A DNA stretch of 64,000 nucleotides from Occultella glacieicola (GCF_004353825.1 NZ_SMNA01000014.1:1-64000), one strand, 5' to 3'; shown: positions 9,901-19,150, counted from the first letter of the stretch. Notes: generated from the sequence alone by a model not told the origin. Translations and numbers: made by a program.

Positions 9901-10707
9901 GGGTTCCACTCCCTCGAACAGCGCACCGGCCAGCAGTTGGCGGACCTGGCCGCCGAACACGAGGGCAAGCGGATCCGGTTCGCCGACACCCAGGCGGCAC
10001 CGACCCCGGTGATCACCTCACCGGAGTGGTCCGGCTCGGAGAGCGGTGGCCGGCGCTACTCGGCGTTCACGATCAACGTGGAACGGTTGAAGCCGTGGCA
10101 CACCCTGACCGGGCGTCAGTCGTTCTACCTGGACCACGACTGGATGACCGAGATCGGGGAGAACATGCCGGTCTACCGTCCGCCCCTGAACATGGCGGTG
10201 CTGTTCGGGGAGACCGCCATCGGCCAGAGTGCCGACGGTACCGCGGGCGCCACGATCGCAGTTCGCTACCTCACTCCGCACAACAAGTGGTCGATCCACT
10301 CCGAGTACCAGGACAACCTGCTCATGCTGAGCCTGTCCCGCGGCGGGCCGGCGGTGTGGATGTCCAACCTGGACGCCGAGAAGATCGGGGTCGCGGACAA
10401 CGACTGGATCGAGTGCGTGAACCGCAACGGGGTGGTCGTGGCCCGGGCGATCGTCTCGCACCGGATGCCCGAGGGCACCGTGTACATGCACCACGCGCAG
10501 GACCGGCTCATCGACGTGCCGCTGTCGGAGAAGTCCGGCAAGCGCGGCGGCATCCACAACTCGCTGACCCGGATCATGATGAAACCCACGCACCTGGTGG
10601 GCGGGTACGCGCAGTTGTCCTATGCGTTCAACTACATCGGTCCCACCGGCAACCAGCGCGACGAGGTCACGCTGATCCGCCGCCGTTCCCAGGAGGTGCA
10701 GTACTGA
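6964..10707 (+). CDS. narG: Respiratory nitrate reductase alpha subunit
   Basis: RSTHGVNCTGSCSW Fe-S motif, SFYDWYADLP, C-terminal GNQRDE; 1247 aa. Confidence 0.98.
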   Translation: MTTQQTPPGLDTGIVEGLLKARRFFQPKEVSPDLRTLHQQGGRDADTFYRDRWSHDKVVRSTHGVNCTGSCSWKVYVKDGIITWEAQQTDYPSAGPDRPDYEPRGCPRGAAFSWYTYSPTRVRYPYVRGVLLEMYREARARLGDPVLAWRDITGDPERSKRYKSARGKGGLVRAGWAEAIEMIAAAHVATIKDYGPDRIAGFSPIPAMSMVSHGVGSRFYSLIGGAMLSFYDWYADLPVASPQVFGDQTDVPESGDWWDAGYLIMWGSNVPVTRTPDAHWMVEARYRGQKVIAVAPDYADNVKFADEWLAPVPGTDGALAMAMGHVVLKEFFVDRRAPYFVDYTRSYTDLPFLIRLDPDGEGYVPGKFLTAADLPAGTPGRGEHDEFKTVVLDSSTGAPVVPNGSLGFRFGDEGVGKWNLELGDTVPALSIADAAAAGAPPGPDTVPAAVPVSLPRFDTPDGAAAAIVRGVPVRRVGGHLVTTVFDLLLAQYGVGRPGLPGHWPTGYDDPSSPCTPAWQEAITGVPAKKAAKIGREFAANAEESQGRSMILMGAGTNHWFHSDAIYRAFLTLTTITGSQGRNGGGWAHYVGQEKVRPLTGFTQYANALDWSRPPRHMIQTAYWFLHTDQFRYDAFTADELSGRPGGRWAGMTTADILAQSARLGWSPSYPTFDRSSLQVVDDAEAAGQDVATYVPAQLKSGDLRFAAEDPDAPENFPRVLGIWRSNLLGSSAKGDEYFLRHLLGTDHAVNATETQEDKRPRDVVWRDDAPAGKLDLLFTLDFRMTSTTVFSDIVLPAATWYEKHDLSSTDMHPYVNSFNPAIAPPWQARTDFEAFHNLAAEFSRQAGEHLGTRKDLVAVPLTHDTPDALATPSGIVKDWKFGECEPIPGKTMPKLVVVERDYTAVADKMRSAGPLLEKLGATTKGITFDLAHEVDLLRDLNGPARGGVAEGRPALEQDRQVCEFILSLSGTTNGHLATAGFHSLEQRTGQQLADLAAEHEGKRIRFADTQAAPTPVITSPEWSGSESGGRRYSAFTINVERLKPWHTLTGRQSFYLDHDWMTEIGENMPVYRPPLNMAVLFGETAIGQSADGTAGATIAVRYLTPHNKWSIHSEYQDNLLMLSLSRGGPAVWMSNLDAEKIGVADNDWIECVNRNGVVVARAIVSHRMPEGTVYMHHAQDRLIDVPLSEKSGKRGGIHNSLTRIMMKPTHLVGGYAQLSYAFNYIGPTGNQRDEVTLIRRRSQEVQY

Positions 10708-12389
10708 TGCGCGTCATGGCACAGATGGCCATGGTGATGAACCTGGACAAGTGCATCGGATGTCACACGTGCTCGGTCACGTGCAAGCAGGCGTGGACGA
10801 ACCGGTCCGGCACCGAGTACGTCTGGTTCAACAACGTGGAGACCCGCCCCGGGCAGGGCTATCCGCGCACGTACCAGGACCAGGACACCTGGCAGGGCGG
10901 CTGGACCCTGACCAAGCGCGGCCGGCTCAAGCTCAAGGCCGGCGGCCGGCTGAAGAACCTCGCCACGATCTTCGCCAGCCCCAAGATGCCCTCGATGAGC
11001 GACTACTACGAGCCGTGGACCTACGACTACGAGTCCCTGACCACCGCCCCGGCCCAGGGGCACACCCCGGTGGCCCGGCCCAAGTCGCTGCTGTCCGGCA
11101 AGGACATGAACATCAGCTGGAGCGCGAACTGGGACGACAACCTGGCCGGCTCCACCGAGATCGTGCCCGGTGACCCGGTGCTGGCGAAGGTCTCGAGCAA
11201 GGTGAAGCTCGAGTTCGAGCAGACGTTCATGTTCTACCTGCCGCGGATCTGCGAGCACTGCCTGAACCCCGCGTGTGCGGCGTCCTGCCCGTCCGGCGCG
11301 ATCTACAAGCGCGAGGAGGACGGGATCGTCCTGGTCGACCAGGACACCTGCCGCGGCTGGCGCAAGTGCGTCACCGGGTGCCCCTACAAGAAGGTCTACT
11401 TCAACCACCGCACCGGCAAGGCGGAGAAGTGCACGTTCTGCTTCCCGCGCATCGAGGTGGGTCTGCCGACGGTGTGCGCAGAGACCTGTGTGGGTCGGCT
11501 GCGCTACATCGGGCTGGTCCTCTACGACGCCGACCGGGTGCTCGCGGCCGCCTCGGTGCAGGACGAGAAGGACCTGCTCCGCGCCCAGCGGGACTGCTTC
11601 CTCGACCCGCACGACTCGGCGGTGATACGCGCCGCGGAGGAGGCCGGGATCGCCCACGACTGGGTGCTCGCGGCCCAGCGCTCCCCGATCTGGAAGCTGA
11701 TCAACGACTTCGAGGTGGCGCTGCCGCTGCACCCGGAGTACCGGACCATGCCGATGGTCTGGTACATCCCGCCGCTGTCGCCCGTGGTCGACGTGGTCGC
11801 CGAGACCGGCGAGGACGCCGAGGACGAGGGCAACCTGTTCGCCGCGATCGACACGCTGCGGATCCCGGTGGAGTATCTCGCCGAGCTGTTCACGGCCGGC
11901 GACCCGGTGCCGGTCACGGGCGTGCTGCGGCGTCTGGCCGCGATGCGCTCCTACATGCGTGAGATCAACATGGGCCGCGAACCGCAGGAGTCCATCGCGT
12001 CCGCGGTCGGGATGACCGGGGCGGAGATCCAGGCCATGTACCGGCTGTTGGCCCTGGCCAAGTACGACGAGCGGTATGTCATCCCGCCCACGCACGCCGA
12101 GCAGGCACACGGGCTCGAGGAGCTGGCCACCGAATGCTCACTGGACTACGACGGCGGACCGGGCATGGTCGATTCCGGCCCGTTCGGTGAGGGTTCGGGT
12201 TCGCAGACGCCCCTCGCGGTCGAGAACTTCGCCGCCCTGCAGCGGCGCCAGACCTCCGACTTCGGCACCGACCCGTCCGACAAGGCCGCCCGGGTGAACC
12301 TGCTCAACTGGGACGGCAACGGCAGCCCGTCGGGACTCTTCCCACGGCGGCGCAGCGAAGATCGAGCCGACGAGGCGGACCGTTCATGA
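10707..12389 (+). CDS. narH: Respiratory nitrate reductase beta subunit
   Basis: MRVMAQMAMVMNLDKCIGCHTCSVTCK, CEHCLNPAC; ATG overlaps narG TGA. Confidence 0.97.
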   Translation: MRVMAQMAMVMNLDKCIGCHTCSVTCKQAWTNRSGTEYVWFNNVETRPGQGYPRTYQDQDTWQGGWTLTKRGRLKLKAGGRLKNLATIFASPKMPSMSDYYEPWTYDYESLTTAPAQGHTPVARPKSLLSGKDMNISWSANWDDNLAGSTEIVPGDPVLAKVSSKVKLEFEQTFMFYLPRICEHCLNPACAASCPSGAIYKREEDGIVLVDQDTCRGWRKCVTGCPYKKVYFNHRTGKAEKCTFCFPRIEVGLPTVCAETCVGRLRYIGLVLYDADRVLAAASVQDEKDLLRAQRDCFLDPHDSAVIRAAEEAGIAHDWVLAAQRSPIWKLINDFEVALPLHPEYRTMPMVWYIPPLSPVVDVVAETGEDAEDEGNLFAAIDTLRIPVEYLAELFTAGDPVPVTGVLRRLAAMRSYMREINMGREPQESIASAVGMTGAEIQAMYRLLALAKYDERYVIPPTHAEQAHGLEELATECSLDYDGGPGMVDSGPFGEGSGSQTPLAVENFAALQRRQTSDFGTDPSDKAARVNLLNWDGNGSPSGLFPRRRSEDRADEADRS

Positions 12390-13048
12390 GGCAACTGCTG
12401 ACCCTGCGCCGTGACCGGCCCCGCGCCGGTGAGGGCACCGACGCGCTCATCTACCGGGTGGCCGCGTTCCTGCTCGAGTACCCCTACGGAAGCGTGACCG
12501 ACCGGCTCCCAGCGCTCGCGACCGCCGTCGGGACCTTGCCCGAGCCGGCCCGCAGCGACCTCGGCGGCCTCGTCGACCACCTGGCCGCGGGCGACGACCA
12601 GGCGATCGGCGCCGAGTACGTGCGCACCTTCGACCTGGACCGGCGCCGGGCCCTCTACCTGACCTACTACGCGTTCGGGGACACCCGCAAACGCGGCATG
12701 GCGATGCTCGACTTCAAGTCCGCCTACCGGCAGAGCGGCCTCGAGCTTTCCGACGACGAGCTGCCCGACCATCTGTGCGTGGTGCTGGAGTTCGCGGCCA
12801 CCACCGATCTCGCCTGGGGCCGGGAGCTCCTGATCAAGCACCGGGCCGGCCTCGAGGTCCTGCGGGTCGCGCTACGGGACGTCGGCTCGCCGTACGCCGG
12901 CGCGCTCGCCGCCGTCTGCGCCACCCTCCCGCCGCTCGCCGGCGAGGAGGAGAAGGCCATCGCCACCCTCATCGCCGCCGGGCCGCCGGAGGAGGAGGTC
13001 GGCCTCGAACCGTTCGCCCCGCCGTCCTACATGGGAGACAGACGATGA
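12386..13048 (+). CDS. narJ: Nitrate reductase molybdenum cofactor assembly chaperone
   Basis: YVRTFD, LYLTYY..GDTRKRG, ELPDHL..VLEF motifs; position in operon. Confidence 0.93.
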   Translation: MRQLLTLRRDRPRAGEGTDALIYRVAAFLLEYPYGSVTDRLPALATAVGTLPEPARSDLGGLVDHLAAGDDQAIGAEYVRTFDLDRRRALYLTYYAFGDTRKRGMAMLDFKSAYRQSGLELSDDELPDHLCVVLEFAATTDLAWGRELLIKHRAGLEVLRVALRDVGSPYAGALAAVCATLPPLAGEEEKAIATLIAAGPPEEEVGLEPFAPPSYMGDRR

Positions 13049-13782
13049 GCACGCTGCTCTGGGTGATCGTGCCGTACGTGGTCCTCGCGATCTTCATCGT
13101 CGGGCACGTCTGGCGCTACCGCTACGACAAGTTCGGATGGACCACCCGGTCCTCCCAGCTGTACGAGGACCGGTTGTTGCGGTGGGCCAGCCCGCTGTTC
13201 CACTTCGGGATCCTGTTCGTGTTCCTCGGCCACGTGATGGGCCTGGTGATCCCGAAGAACTGGACCGACGCGATCGGGATGTCGGAGGAGCTGTACCACT
13301 TCCTCGCGATCTCGGTCGGCGGTATCGCCGGGTTCTGCACCCTCGTCGGCCTGACCCTCCTGATCTACCGCCGCCGCACCACCGGGCCGGTGTTCCGGGC
13401 GACCACCCGGATGGACAAGGCGATGTACGCCGCGCTCGCCCTGGTGATCCTCCTCGGCCTGTGGAACACCGTCGCCGGCGGGGTGCTCAACCTCGGTGGC
13501 CACTACAACTACCGCACCGGGGTCTCGGAGTGGTGGCGCAGCATCTTCTACTTCCAGCCGAAGCCGGACCTGATGGCGCAGGCGCCGCTGGGCTTCCAGC
13601 TGCACGCGATGACCGCGATGGCGCTCTTCGCCATGTGGCCGTTCACCCGGCTCGTCCACGTGTTCAGCGTGCCGCTGTTCTACCTCTGGCGGCCGTACGT
13701 GGTGTACCGCTCCCGCAGCGACCGCCTCGGCTCACGCAACCAGCCGCGCGGGTGGGACCGGGTGGACACCCCGCGCCGCTGA
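13045..13782 (+). CDS. narI: Respiratory nitrate reductase gamma subunit (cytochrome b)
   Basis: WRYRYDKFGWTTRSSQLYE, LFHFGIL...GH, WPFTRLVH heme-ligand motifs. Confidence 0.95.
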   Translation: MSTLLWVIVPYVVLAIFIVGHVWRYRYDKFGWTTRSSQLYEDRLLRWASPLFHFGILFVFLGHVMGLVIPKNWTDAIGMSEELYHFLAISVGGIAGFCTLVGLTLLIYRRRTTGPVFRATTRMDKAMYAALALVILLGLWNTVAGGVLNLGGHYNYRTGVSEWWRSIFYFQPKPDLMAQAPLGFQLHAMTAMALFAMWPFTRLVHVFSVPLFYLWRPYVVYRSRSDRLGSRNQPRGWDRVDTPRR

Positions 13783-13810
13783 CCCACGCGCCGCGGCGGT
13801 GCCACGCGTC

Positions 13811-14317
13811 TCAGCCGTCCAGTTCGACGGCGAGCTCCTCGACGAGGTCGTAGCCCTCCTGCATCCCGACCTCCATCCCCGAGGAGATGATGACGTCCCT
13901 GGTCTCCTTGGAGTTGCAGGCGGTCAGCACCTCGAGCGTGGTCCGACCGTCGGTCTCGGCGAACGTGTAGGTGATCAGCGTCGCCTCGCCCGCCCCCTCG
14001 CCGCCGGGCATGCCCTCGAATATCTCGGTGCACACGATCCGTTCGTCGGGCACGATCTCGTGGTACTCACCGTGGAAGCCGACCTCGAAGCCGCCCTCGG
14101 CCACCAGGGCATACCGCCACGCCCCACCGACCCTCAGGTCCACCTCGGCGACGGTCACGTTGCCGCGCTGGCCGGCCCACCACCGCCTGATCAGGTCCGG
14201 CTCGGTGAACACCCGGTAGACGAGGTGCCGCGGCGCGTTGAACTCACGCGTCACGAGGATCTCGGTGTCGCTCGGCAGCGTCAGCACCGCCGTGCCCTTC
14301 GTCGTCGTCTGGCTCAT
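13811..14317 (-). CDS. SRPBCC (AHSA1-like) family protein
   Basis: TREFNAPRHLVYRVFTEPDLIRRWW, DLRVGGAWR; follows an ArsR gene with ATGA overlap. Confidence 0.88.
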   Translation of the reverse strand: MSQTTTKGTAVLTLPSDTEILVTREFNAPRHLVYRVFTEPDLIRRWWAGQRGNVTVAEVDLRVGGAWRYALVAEGGFEVGFHGEYHEIVPDERIVCTEIFEGMPGGEGAGEATLITYTFAETDGRTTLEVLTACNSKETRDVIISSGMEVGMQEGYDLVEELAVELDG

Positions 14318-14649
14318 GACTCCCTCTCCTTCAGTTCCTCGAGCACGGCGTCCACCGCGTCGAACCGTTCGTTCCACTGTTGCTCGTAGCGACTGACCCA
14401 CTCGTGGATCGGCCGCAGAGCCTGCGCGTTCGTGCGGTACAACCGCCGACGCCCCACCTCTCGCACCTCCACCAACCCCACCTCCCGCAGGACCCGCAGG
14501 TGTTTGGAGGCCTGCGGTTGGCCGAGCCCGAGCACCTCGACGAGGTCCCCCACCGACCGTTCGGAGTCGGCGAGGGCGTCGAGGATGTCGCGCCGCAGCG
14601 GCTCGGCCACCGCGTTGAACGCGTCCGCCGTGGTCGCTGCTCGAGCCAT
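14314..14649 (-). CDS. ArsR/SmtB family transcriptional regulator
   Basis: MARAATTADAFNAVAEPLRRDIL...QPQASKHLRVLREVGLV winged helix-turn-helix. Confidence 0.92.
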   Translation of the reverse strand: MARAATTADAFNAVAEPLRRDILDALADSERSVGDLVEVLGLGQPQASKHLRVLREVGLVEVREVGRRRLYRTNAQALRPIHEWVSRYEQQWNERFDAVDAVLEELKERES

Positions 14650-14655
14650 GGGTCA

Positions 14656-14683
14656 AACATATACCCATATCGGCATACGTCAA
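14656..14683 (-). promoter_or_regulatory. Leaderless promoter of the ArsR gene with a palindromic operator in the spacer
   Basis: Minus strand TTGACG-16nt-TATGTT-6nt-ATG; imperfect palindrome TATACCCATATCGGCATA at 14660-14677. Confidence 0.6.
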
Positions 14684-14734
14684 GCTCGAGATCACCGAAC
14701 GGGTGCGAGCGCCCGGTCGGCTAGTCTCGCGGGC

Positions 14735-15364
14735 GTGGACCTCGCGGAGATCGTCGGCTTCGTCACCGGCGCGGTCTGCGTCTGGCTCGCGGTCCGCCAG
14801 AACGTGTGGACCTTCCCGGTCGGGCTCGCGAACAATGCCGCGTTCGGGGTGCTGTTCGCCGGCGCCGGCCTGTACGCGAACGCGGCCCTGCAGGTTCTGT
14901 TCGCCGTGGTCGGCGCCCTCGGCTGGTACTGGTGGACCAGGCGCGGGCCCGACGGCGCCGGTCTCGTCGTGCGGCGCACGCCGCGGTGGGCCTGGGGCGC
15001 CGCGGCCGGGGCGACGGCGGTGCTCACCGCCGCGGGCGTGGTCGCCCTGGCCGCCTGGACCGACTCGGGCGTGCCGTTCTGGGACTCGCTGACGACGGCG
15101 ACGTCGGTGGTCGCGCAGGTGATGCTCGGACGCAAGTGGCTGGGCAACTGGTTCGTGTGGGCGGCCACGGACGTGGTCCTGATCGGGCTGTATGCCTCGC
15201 AGGGCCTGTGGCTGACCGCCGTGCTCTACCTGGGCTACCTCGGTCTCTGCGTCGCCGGGGTGCGCCGGTGGCGGCGGGCGCTGCGCGACGCCGGGGCGCA
15301 CGGCCCCGCGGCCACCCGGCCCGGTGCCGCCTCAGCCGATCCCGAGCCGGCGGCGCACCGATGA
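14735..15364 (+). CDS. pnuC: Nicotinamide riboside transporter PnuC family
   Basis: EIVGFVTGAVCVWLAVRQNVWTFPVGL, GWYWW, WDSLTT...AQVMLGRKWLGNWFVW; TAGTCT -10 element 7 nt before GTG. Confidence 0.9.
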   Translation: MDLAEIVGFVTGAVCVWLAVRQNVWTFPVGLANNAAFGVLFAGAGLYANAALQVLFAVVGALGWYWWTRRGPDGAGLVVRRTPRWAWGAAAGATAVLTAAGVVALAAWTDSGVPFWDSLTTATSVVAQVMLGRKWLGNWFVWAATDVVLIGLYASQGLWLTAVLYLGYLGLCVAGVRRWRRALRDAGAHGPAATRPGAASADPEPAAHR

Positions 15365-16422
15365 CGTCGCCCTTCCGCCACGGCCTGGTGCTGGGCAAGT
15401 TCTACCCGCTGCACGCGGGTCACCTGAACCTGATCCGCACCGGCCTGCGCTCCTGCGACACCCTCACGGTCCAGGTGCTCGCCTCCTCCGTCGAGTCGGT
15501 CCCGGCGTCCGTCCGGGCGGACTGGATCCGAACCGAGGTGCCCGGGGCCCGGGTGGTCCACGCCGTGGACGACGCCCCCGTGGACTACGGCTCGGACGCC
15601 GCCTGGGACGCGCACCTGGCGGTCATCACCTCGCTCCTGGACGCCCCGGTGGACGCGGTGTTCACCTCGGACGCCTACGGGGCGGAACTGGCCGACCGCC
15701 TGGACGCCCGGTGGGTGCGGGTGGATCCGGCCCGCCACGACGTGCCGGTCTCCGCCACGGCGGTGCGCGCGGACCCGGCAGCGTACTGGTGGGCGCTGCC
15801 GGCGCCGGTGCGCGCACACCTGACCACCCGGGTGGTCGTCCTCGGCGCGGAGTCCACCGGCACCACCACCCTGGCCCGGGACCTCAGCGCCCACTACGGA
15901 ACGCCCGAGGTCGCCGAGTTCGGCCGCACCTGGAGCCGGATCCGGCCCGGCGGGCTGAGCGCGCCGTGGCACTCGAGCGAGTTCGACCTGATCGCCGCCG
16001 AGCAGGCCCGGCTCGAGGACGCGGCCGCCGCCCGCACCCCGCGGCCGCTCCTGGTCGCGGACACCGACGTGCTCGCCACCCGTGTGTGGCACGAGCGCTA
16101 CGTCGGCGCGCCGTCGGCCTCGGTGGCCGACCTGGCCCGGAGCCGCCGGCCGGACCTGTACCTGCTCACCGGCGACGAGATCGGCTTCGTCCAGGACGGT
16201 CTCCGGGACGGCGCGCACCTGCGCCACGCGATGACGGCCCGGTTCCGCGAGGTGCTGAACGCCTCCGGGGTGCCCTGGCGCGAGCTGCACGGCTCCCCCA
16301 CCGAACGGCTCACCGCCGCCGTCGACCTCGTCGACGCCCTCGACCACGGCCGCCCGCTCACCGACCCGCTGCCCCAGGCCGGCACCGACGCGCACCGCGC
16401 AGGAAGCAGGACCAGCCGATGA
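15361..16422 (+). CDS. nadR: NadR-like bifunctional NMN adenylyltransferase / nicotinamide riboside kinase (no HTH)
   Basis: GKFYPLHAGH (HxGH), VSATAVR, P-loop GAESTGTTT (Lys replaced by Thr), EFGR, FVQDGLR. Confidence 0.85.
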   Translation: MTSPFRHGLVLGKFYPLHAGHLNLIRTGLRSCDTLTVQVLASSVESVPASVRADWIRTEVPGARVVHAVDDAPVDYGSDAAWDAHLAVITSLLDAPVDAVFTSDAYGAELADRLDARWVRVDPARHDVPVSATAVRADPAAYWWALPAPVRAHLTTRVVVLGAESTGTTTLARDLSAHYGTPEVAEFGRTWSRIRPGGLSAPWHSSEFDLIAAEQARLEDAAAARTPRPLLVADTDVLATRVWHERYVGAPSASVADLARSRRPDLYLLTGDEIGFVQDGLRDGAHLRHAMTARFREVLNASGVPWRELHGSPTERLTAAVDLVDALDHGRPLTDPLPQAGTDAHRAGSRTSR

Positions 16423-18056
16423 CGCCCGACGTCCCCCGATCCCACGGAGAGGGCACCCACGGCGGCCGACCCTCCGCCGTCGGGCAGGGCCCGCGCAGCG
16501 GCGTCTCCGCCGCCCCCACCCTGCCCGGCGCCGGCACGTCGGGCACCCACGACCTCACCGTCGACGACCTGTTCGCCCCGCTCGCGCCGGAGGCGGCCGC
16601 CCCGACCGGACTCGACGAGAAGCTCCGGCAGGCCTACTTCTGGATCGTCAACCACGCGATCATCTCCCCGCACTACGACATCGAGTTCGAACGCCCCGGC
16701 GCCGCCGGCCGGTCCTTCGCGCTCGGCGACAGCGCCGCCGAACTGCGGCTGCCGTCGGCCCAGTCCTACTCGAGCTTCGTGCTGCTGCCGCTGCTCACGT
16801 TCGCGGTGCGGGGCCGGTGCCTGCTGCTCGGTGGACCGGGCCGCGGCAAGACCGCGTCCGCGGTGCTGATGGGGATCCTCGCCGGGTACCCGATCCGGGA
16901 CGTCCGCCGGGCCATGCAGCACGGCCACCCGCAGCTGACCGTGACCGACATGTTCGGCACCCCGCTGCCCAAGGACCTGATCTCGGCCGACTCCCTCGGC
17001 GAGGTCGACGTCGCCTGGCGCACCTGGCTCGGCATGCGGGTCAAGATCGTGGACGAGTACAACCGGATCCCGACCCGGACCCAGTCGGCGCTGCTGACCG
17101 TGCTCGCGGACGGTTACGTCGAGGTGTACGACCAGATCTACTCCACCGGGGCCTCCGCCTGGTACCTGACCGCCAACGACGACGCCGGCGGCGGCACCTA
17201 CCAGGTGGTGGAGGCGCTCAAGGACCGCATCGACGTGGTCGCCCACGCACTGCCGTTCAACACCCGGTTCCTCGACCAGCTCGTGGACCGGGCGGCGCGC
17301 CGGCTCCGCCCGGAGGAGTCGGTGCCGCCCGGGATCGTCTTCACCGAGGCCGAGCACGACGCCCTCGACAGCGCGATCCGGGCCCTGCCGCTGCCCGCCG
17401 CCGTGCGCCGCCGGATCGAGTTCTTCGCCGCCCAGCTCGAGTTCCTGGAGCGGGCCGGCGCCCAGTTCGAGTACCGCACCAAGGACACCGCCCGCCTCGC
17501 CGGGGCGGACGTGCACCAGATCGCCGCGCAGGACACCGGCCGGGACCGGCTCTCCGACGTCGGCACCTCCACCCTGAACGGCCTCTCGGTCCGGTCCCTG
17601 CAGTCATTGATCTCGTACGCGAAGGCGATGGCCTTCTTCCGGGGCCGCCCCGAGGTCGGCATCGACGACGTCCGCGCGGTGCTGCCGTTCGTGCTGCACG
17701 ACAAGATCAACCCGGACCTGCGTGCCGGCGCCTTCGACGGCGAGGAGGGCGCCCCCCTGCGCACCGACCGGATCTCCTGGCTGCGGGGCATCTTCGACGA
17801 CGCCTGCGCCCAGTACGACACGATGGACCGGGATTCGTCCGACGACGTCGGGGCGATTCTCGACGAGCTGCACGCCGGCCTGGACGGGGTCGACGCGGCC
17901 ACCGTGCGGGTCCGCCTGGCCAGGATCGAGCGGGTGCTCGACTCCTGGTCGATGGCCCGCAAGCTCTACGGCCACCTCTACGACGACGCGCTCGCGCTCA
18001 AGTACGCGCACCAGAGGTACACGAACTACCTGACCTGGCTGTCCTCGGCCCCATGA
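16419..18056 (+). CDS. MoxR-family AAA+ ATPase
   Basis: Walker A GGPGRGKT, HPQLTVTDMFG, Walker B KIVDEYNRIPTRTQSALL, sensor-1 TAN, ALKDRID, LSVRS sensor-2 region. Confidence 0.88.
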   Translation: MTPDVPRSHGEGTHGGRPSAVGQGPRSGVSAAPTLPGAGTSGTHDLTVDDLFAPLAPEAAAPTGLDEKLRQAYFWIVNHAIISPHYDIEFERPGAAGRSFALGDSAAELRLPSAQSYSSFVLLPLLTFAVRGRCLLLGGPGRGKTASAVLMGILAGYPIRDVRRAMQHGHPQLTVTDMFGTPLPKDLISADSLGEVDVAWRTWLGMRVKIVDEYNRIPTRTQSALLTVLADGYVEVYDQIYSTGASAWYLTANDDAGGGTYQVVEALKDRIDVVAHALPFNTRFLDQLVDRAARRLRPEESVPPGIVFTEAEHDALDSAIRALPLPAAVRRRIEFFAAQLEFLERAGAQFEYRTKDTARLAGADVHQIAAQDTGRDRLSDVGTSTLNGLSVRSLQSLISYAKAMAFFRGRPEVGIDDVRAVLPFVLHDKINPDLRAGAFDGEEGAPLRTDRISWLRGIFDDACAQYDTMDRDSSDDVGAILDELHAGLDGVDAATVRVRLARIERVLDSWSMARKLYGHLYDDALALKYAHQRYTNYLTWLSSAP

Positions 18057-19150
18057 GCGCAGCCGGATCGAACCCCGCGAGCACGAACGGCGGCGCCGCT
18101 GCCGGGTGGCGCTCCTGGGCGCTGGGCCGGCGCGCCCGGGTCGACGACGTGCTCGCCCGCGCCCTTGCGGCCGGCGCCGGGCGCGCCGACCTGCACGGGG
18201 CGCTCACCGACGTCGGGGTGATGCTCGACGGCGTCGCCGCGGCCGGTCTTCCCGCGCAGCGTTTCGACGCCCTCGCCGGCGCGTGCCTCGAGCGCGCCGT
18301 CGCGCGGGTCGTCGCCGACCGCTGGCACGCCCGCGACCCGGCGACCACGGTCCTGCTCGACTGGGTGCCCCGGCTCGCGCCCGCCCTGGGCGCGGACCCG
18401 GCGCCCGCCCTGACCGACCTCACCACGGCCGTGACCCGGCTGCGCGGCACCGTCGACCAGGCCGGATGGCGGGAACTGGCCGGGGCCGCCCTGGCGTACG
18501 AGTCCGACCCGACCCACCTGCGGGCCGCGTTGACCGTCGCCGCCTGGCGGTGTGGCGCCGTGCGCTGGCGGGGCGCCGCGTTGGCCGCGGCCGGCCACCT
18601 GCCCGAGCCGGTCCTGGCCGGGGCGCTCCGGCTCGGGAGCGCATCGCCCGGGGGCGCCGCGTCCGGCGCACCGTGGGAGGCGCCGCCGCCCGCCGCCGAC
18701 CCCCGGGCCGTGCTCGCCCGGAACGCGAGGGACCCGTGGTGGTGGCCGGGGCGGCCGGGCCCGTGGCGGATCGGCGGCTTCCGCGGCTTCGGTGGCCCGT
18801 GGATCCGGATCCCGGAACTGCTCGGCGGCGACGGCCTGCGCTGGTGGGTGCGCACCGAGGCAACACCGACCGATGGTGCTGCCGGCGCCGACGACATCGG
18901 CCCGGACGGGTACACCGGGCACACAGGGCACACGGGGCACACGGGGGCCGGCGCTGCCCCGCCGGCCCACCGGTACTGGGTGGTGCACGCCGACGTGCAC
19001 GGCTCGCACACCGCGCCGGCCGCACCACCGGCGCACGGCGACCGGCCCGACTGGGCCGGTTCGAGCCGACAGGGCCCGAACACCCGACCCGGCGCCGCGA
19101 CCGTGTCCGCGCGGGACCACTCCTACTACCTGCACGTGCGCCACCGATGA
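18053..19150 (+). CDS. Hypothetical Ala/Trp-rich protein of the MoxR-VWA operon
   Basis: ATGA overlaps at both ends; motifs AAWRCG..RWR..AL, DPWW, IGGFRGFGGPW, ADVHG. Confidence 0.7.
   Translation: MSAAGSNPASTNGGAAAGWRSWALGRRARVDDVLARALAAGAGRADLHGALTDVGVMLDGVAAAGLPAQRFDALAGACLERAVARVVADRWHARDPATTVLLDWVPRLAPALGADPAPALTDLTTAVTRLRGTVDQAGWRELAGAALAYESDPTHLRAALTVAAWRCGAVRWRGAALAAAGHLPEPVLAGALRLGSASPGGAASGAPWEAPPPAADPRAVLARNARDPWWWPGRPGPWRIGGFRGFGGPWIRIPELLGGDGLRWWVRTEATPTDGAAGADDIGPDGYTGHTGHTGHTGAGAAPPAHRYWVVHADVHGSHTAPAAPPAHGDRPDWAGSSRQGPNTRPGAATVSARDHSYYLHVRHR
18908..18946 (+). repeat. In-frame 9-bp tandem repeat (GGGCACACN x4) encoding GYT-GHT-GHT-GHT-G
   Basis: gggtacacc gggcacaca gggcacacg gggcacacg ggg read directly. 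Confidence 0.8.

Noticed and set aside
7063..9960. 965-aa ORF antisense to narG, and similar long antisense or alternate-frame ORFs (22926-25904, 26950-30465, 2462-4774)
   Set aside because: Shadow ORFs expected at this GC content; no recognisable motifs, and they overlap clearly identified genes.
9846..12389. 847-aa NarH with a long N-terminal extension, and similar extended ORFs at 12775, 14806, 15324, 16817, 18106, 19572 and 57824
   Set aside because: The extensions overlap the upstream genes in another frame; family N-termini and ATGA/GTGA overlaps give the shorter starts.
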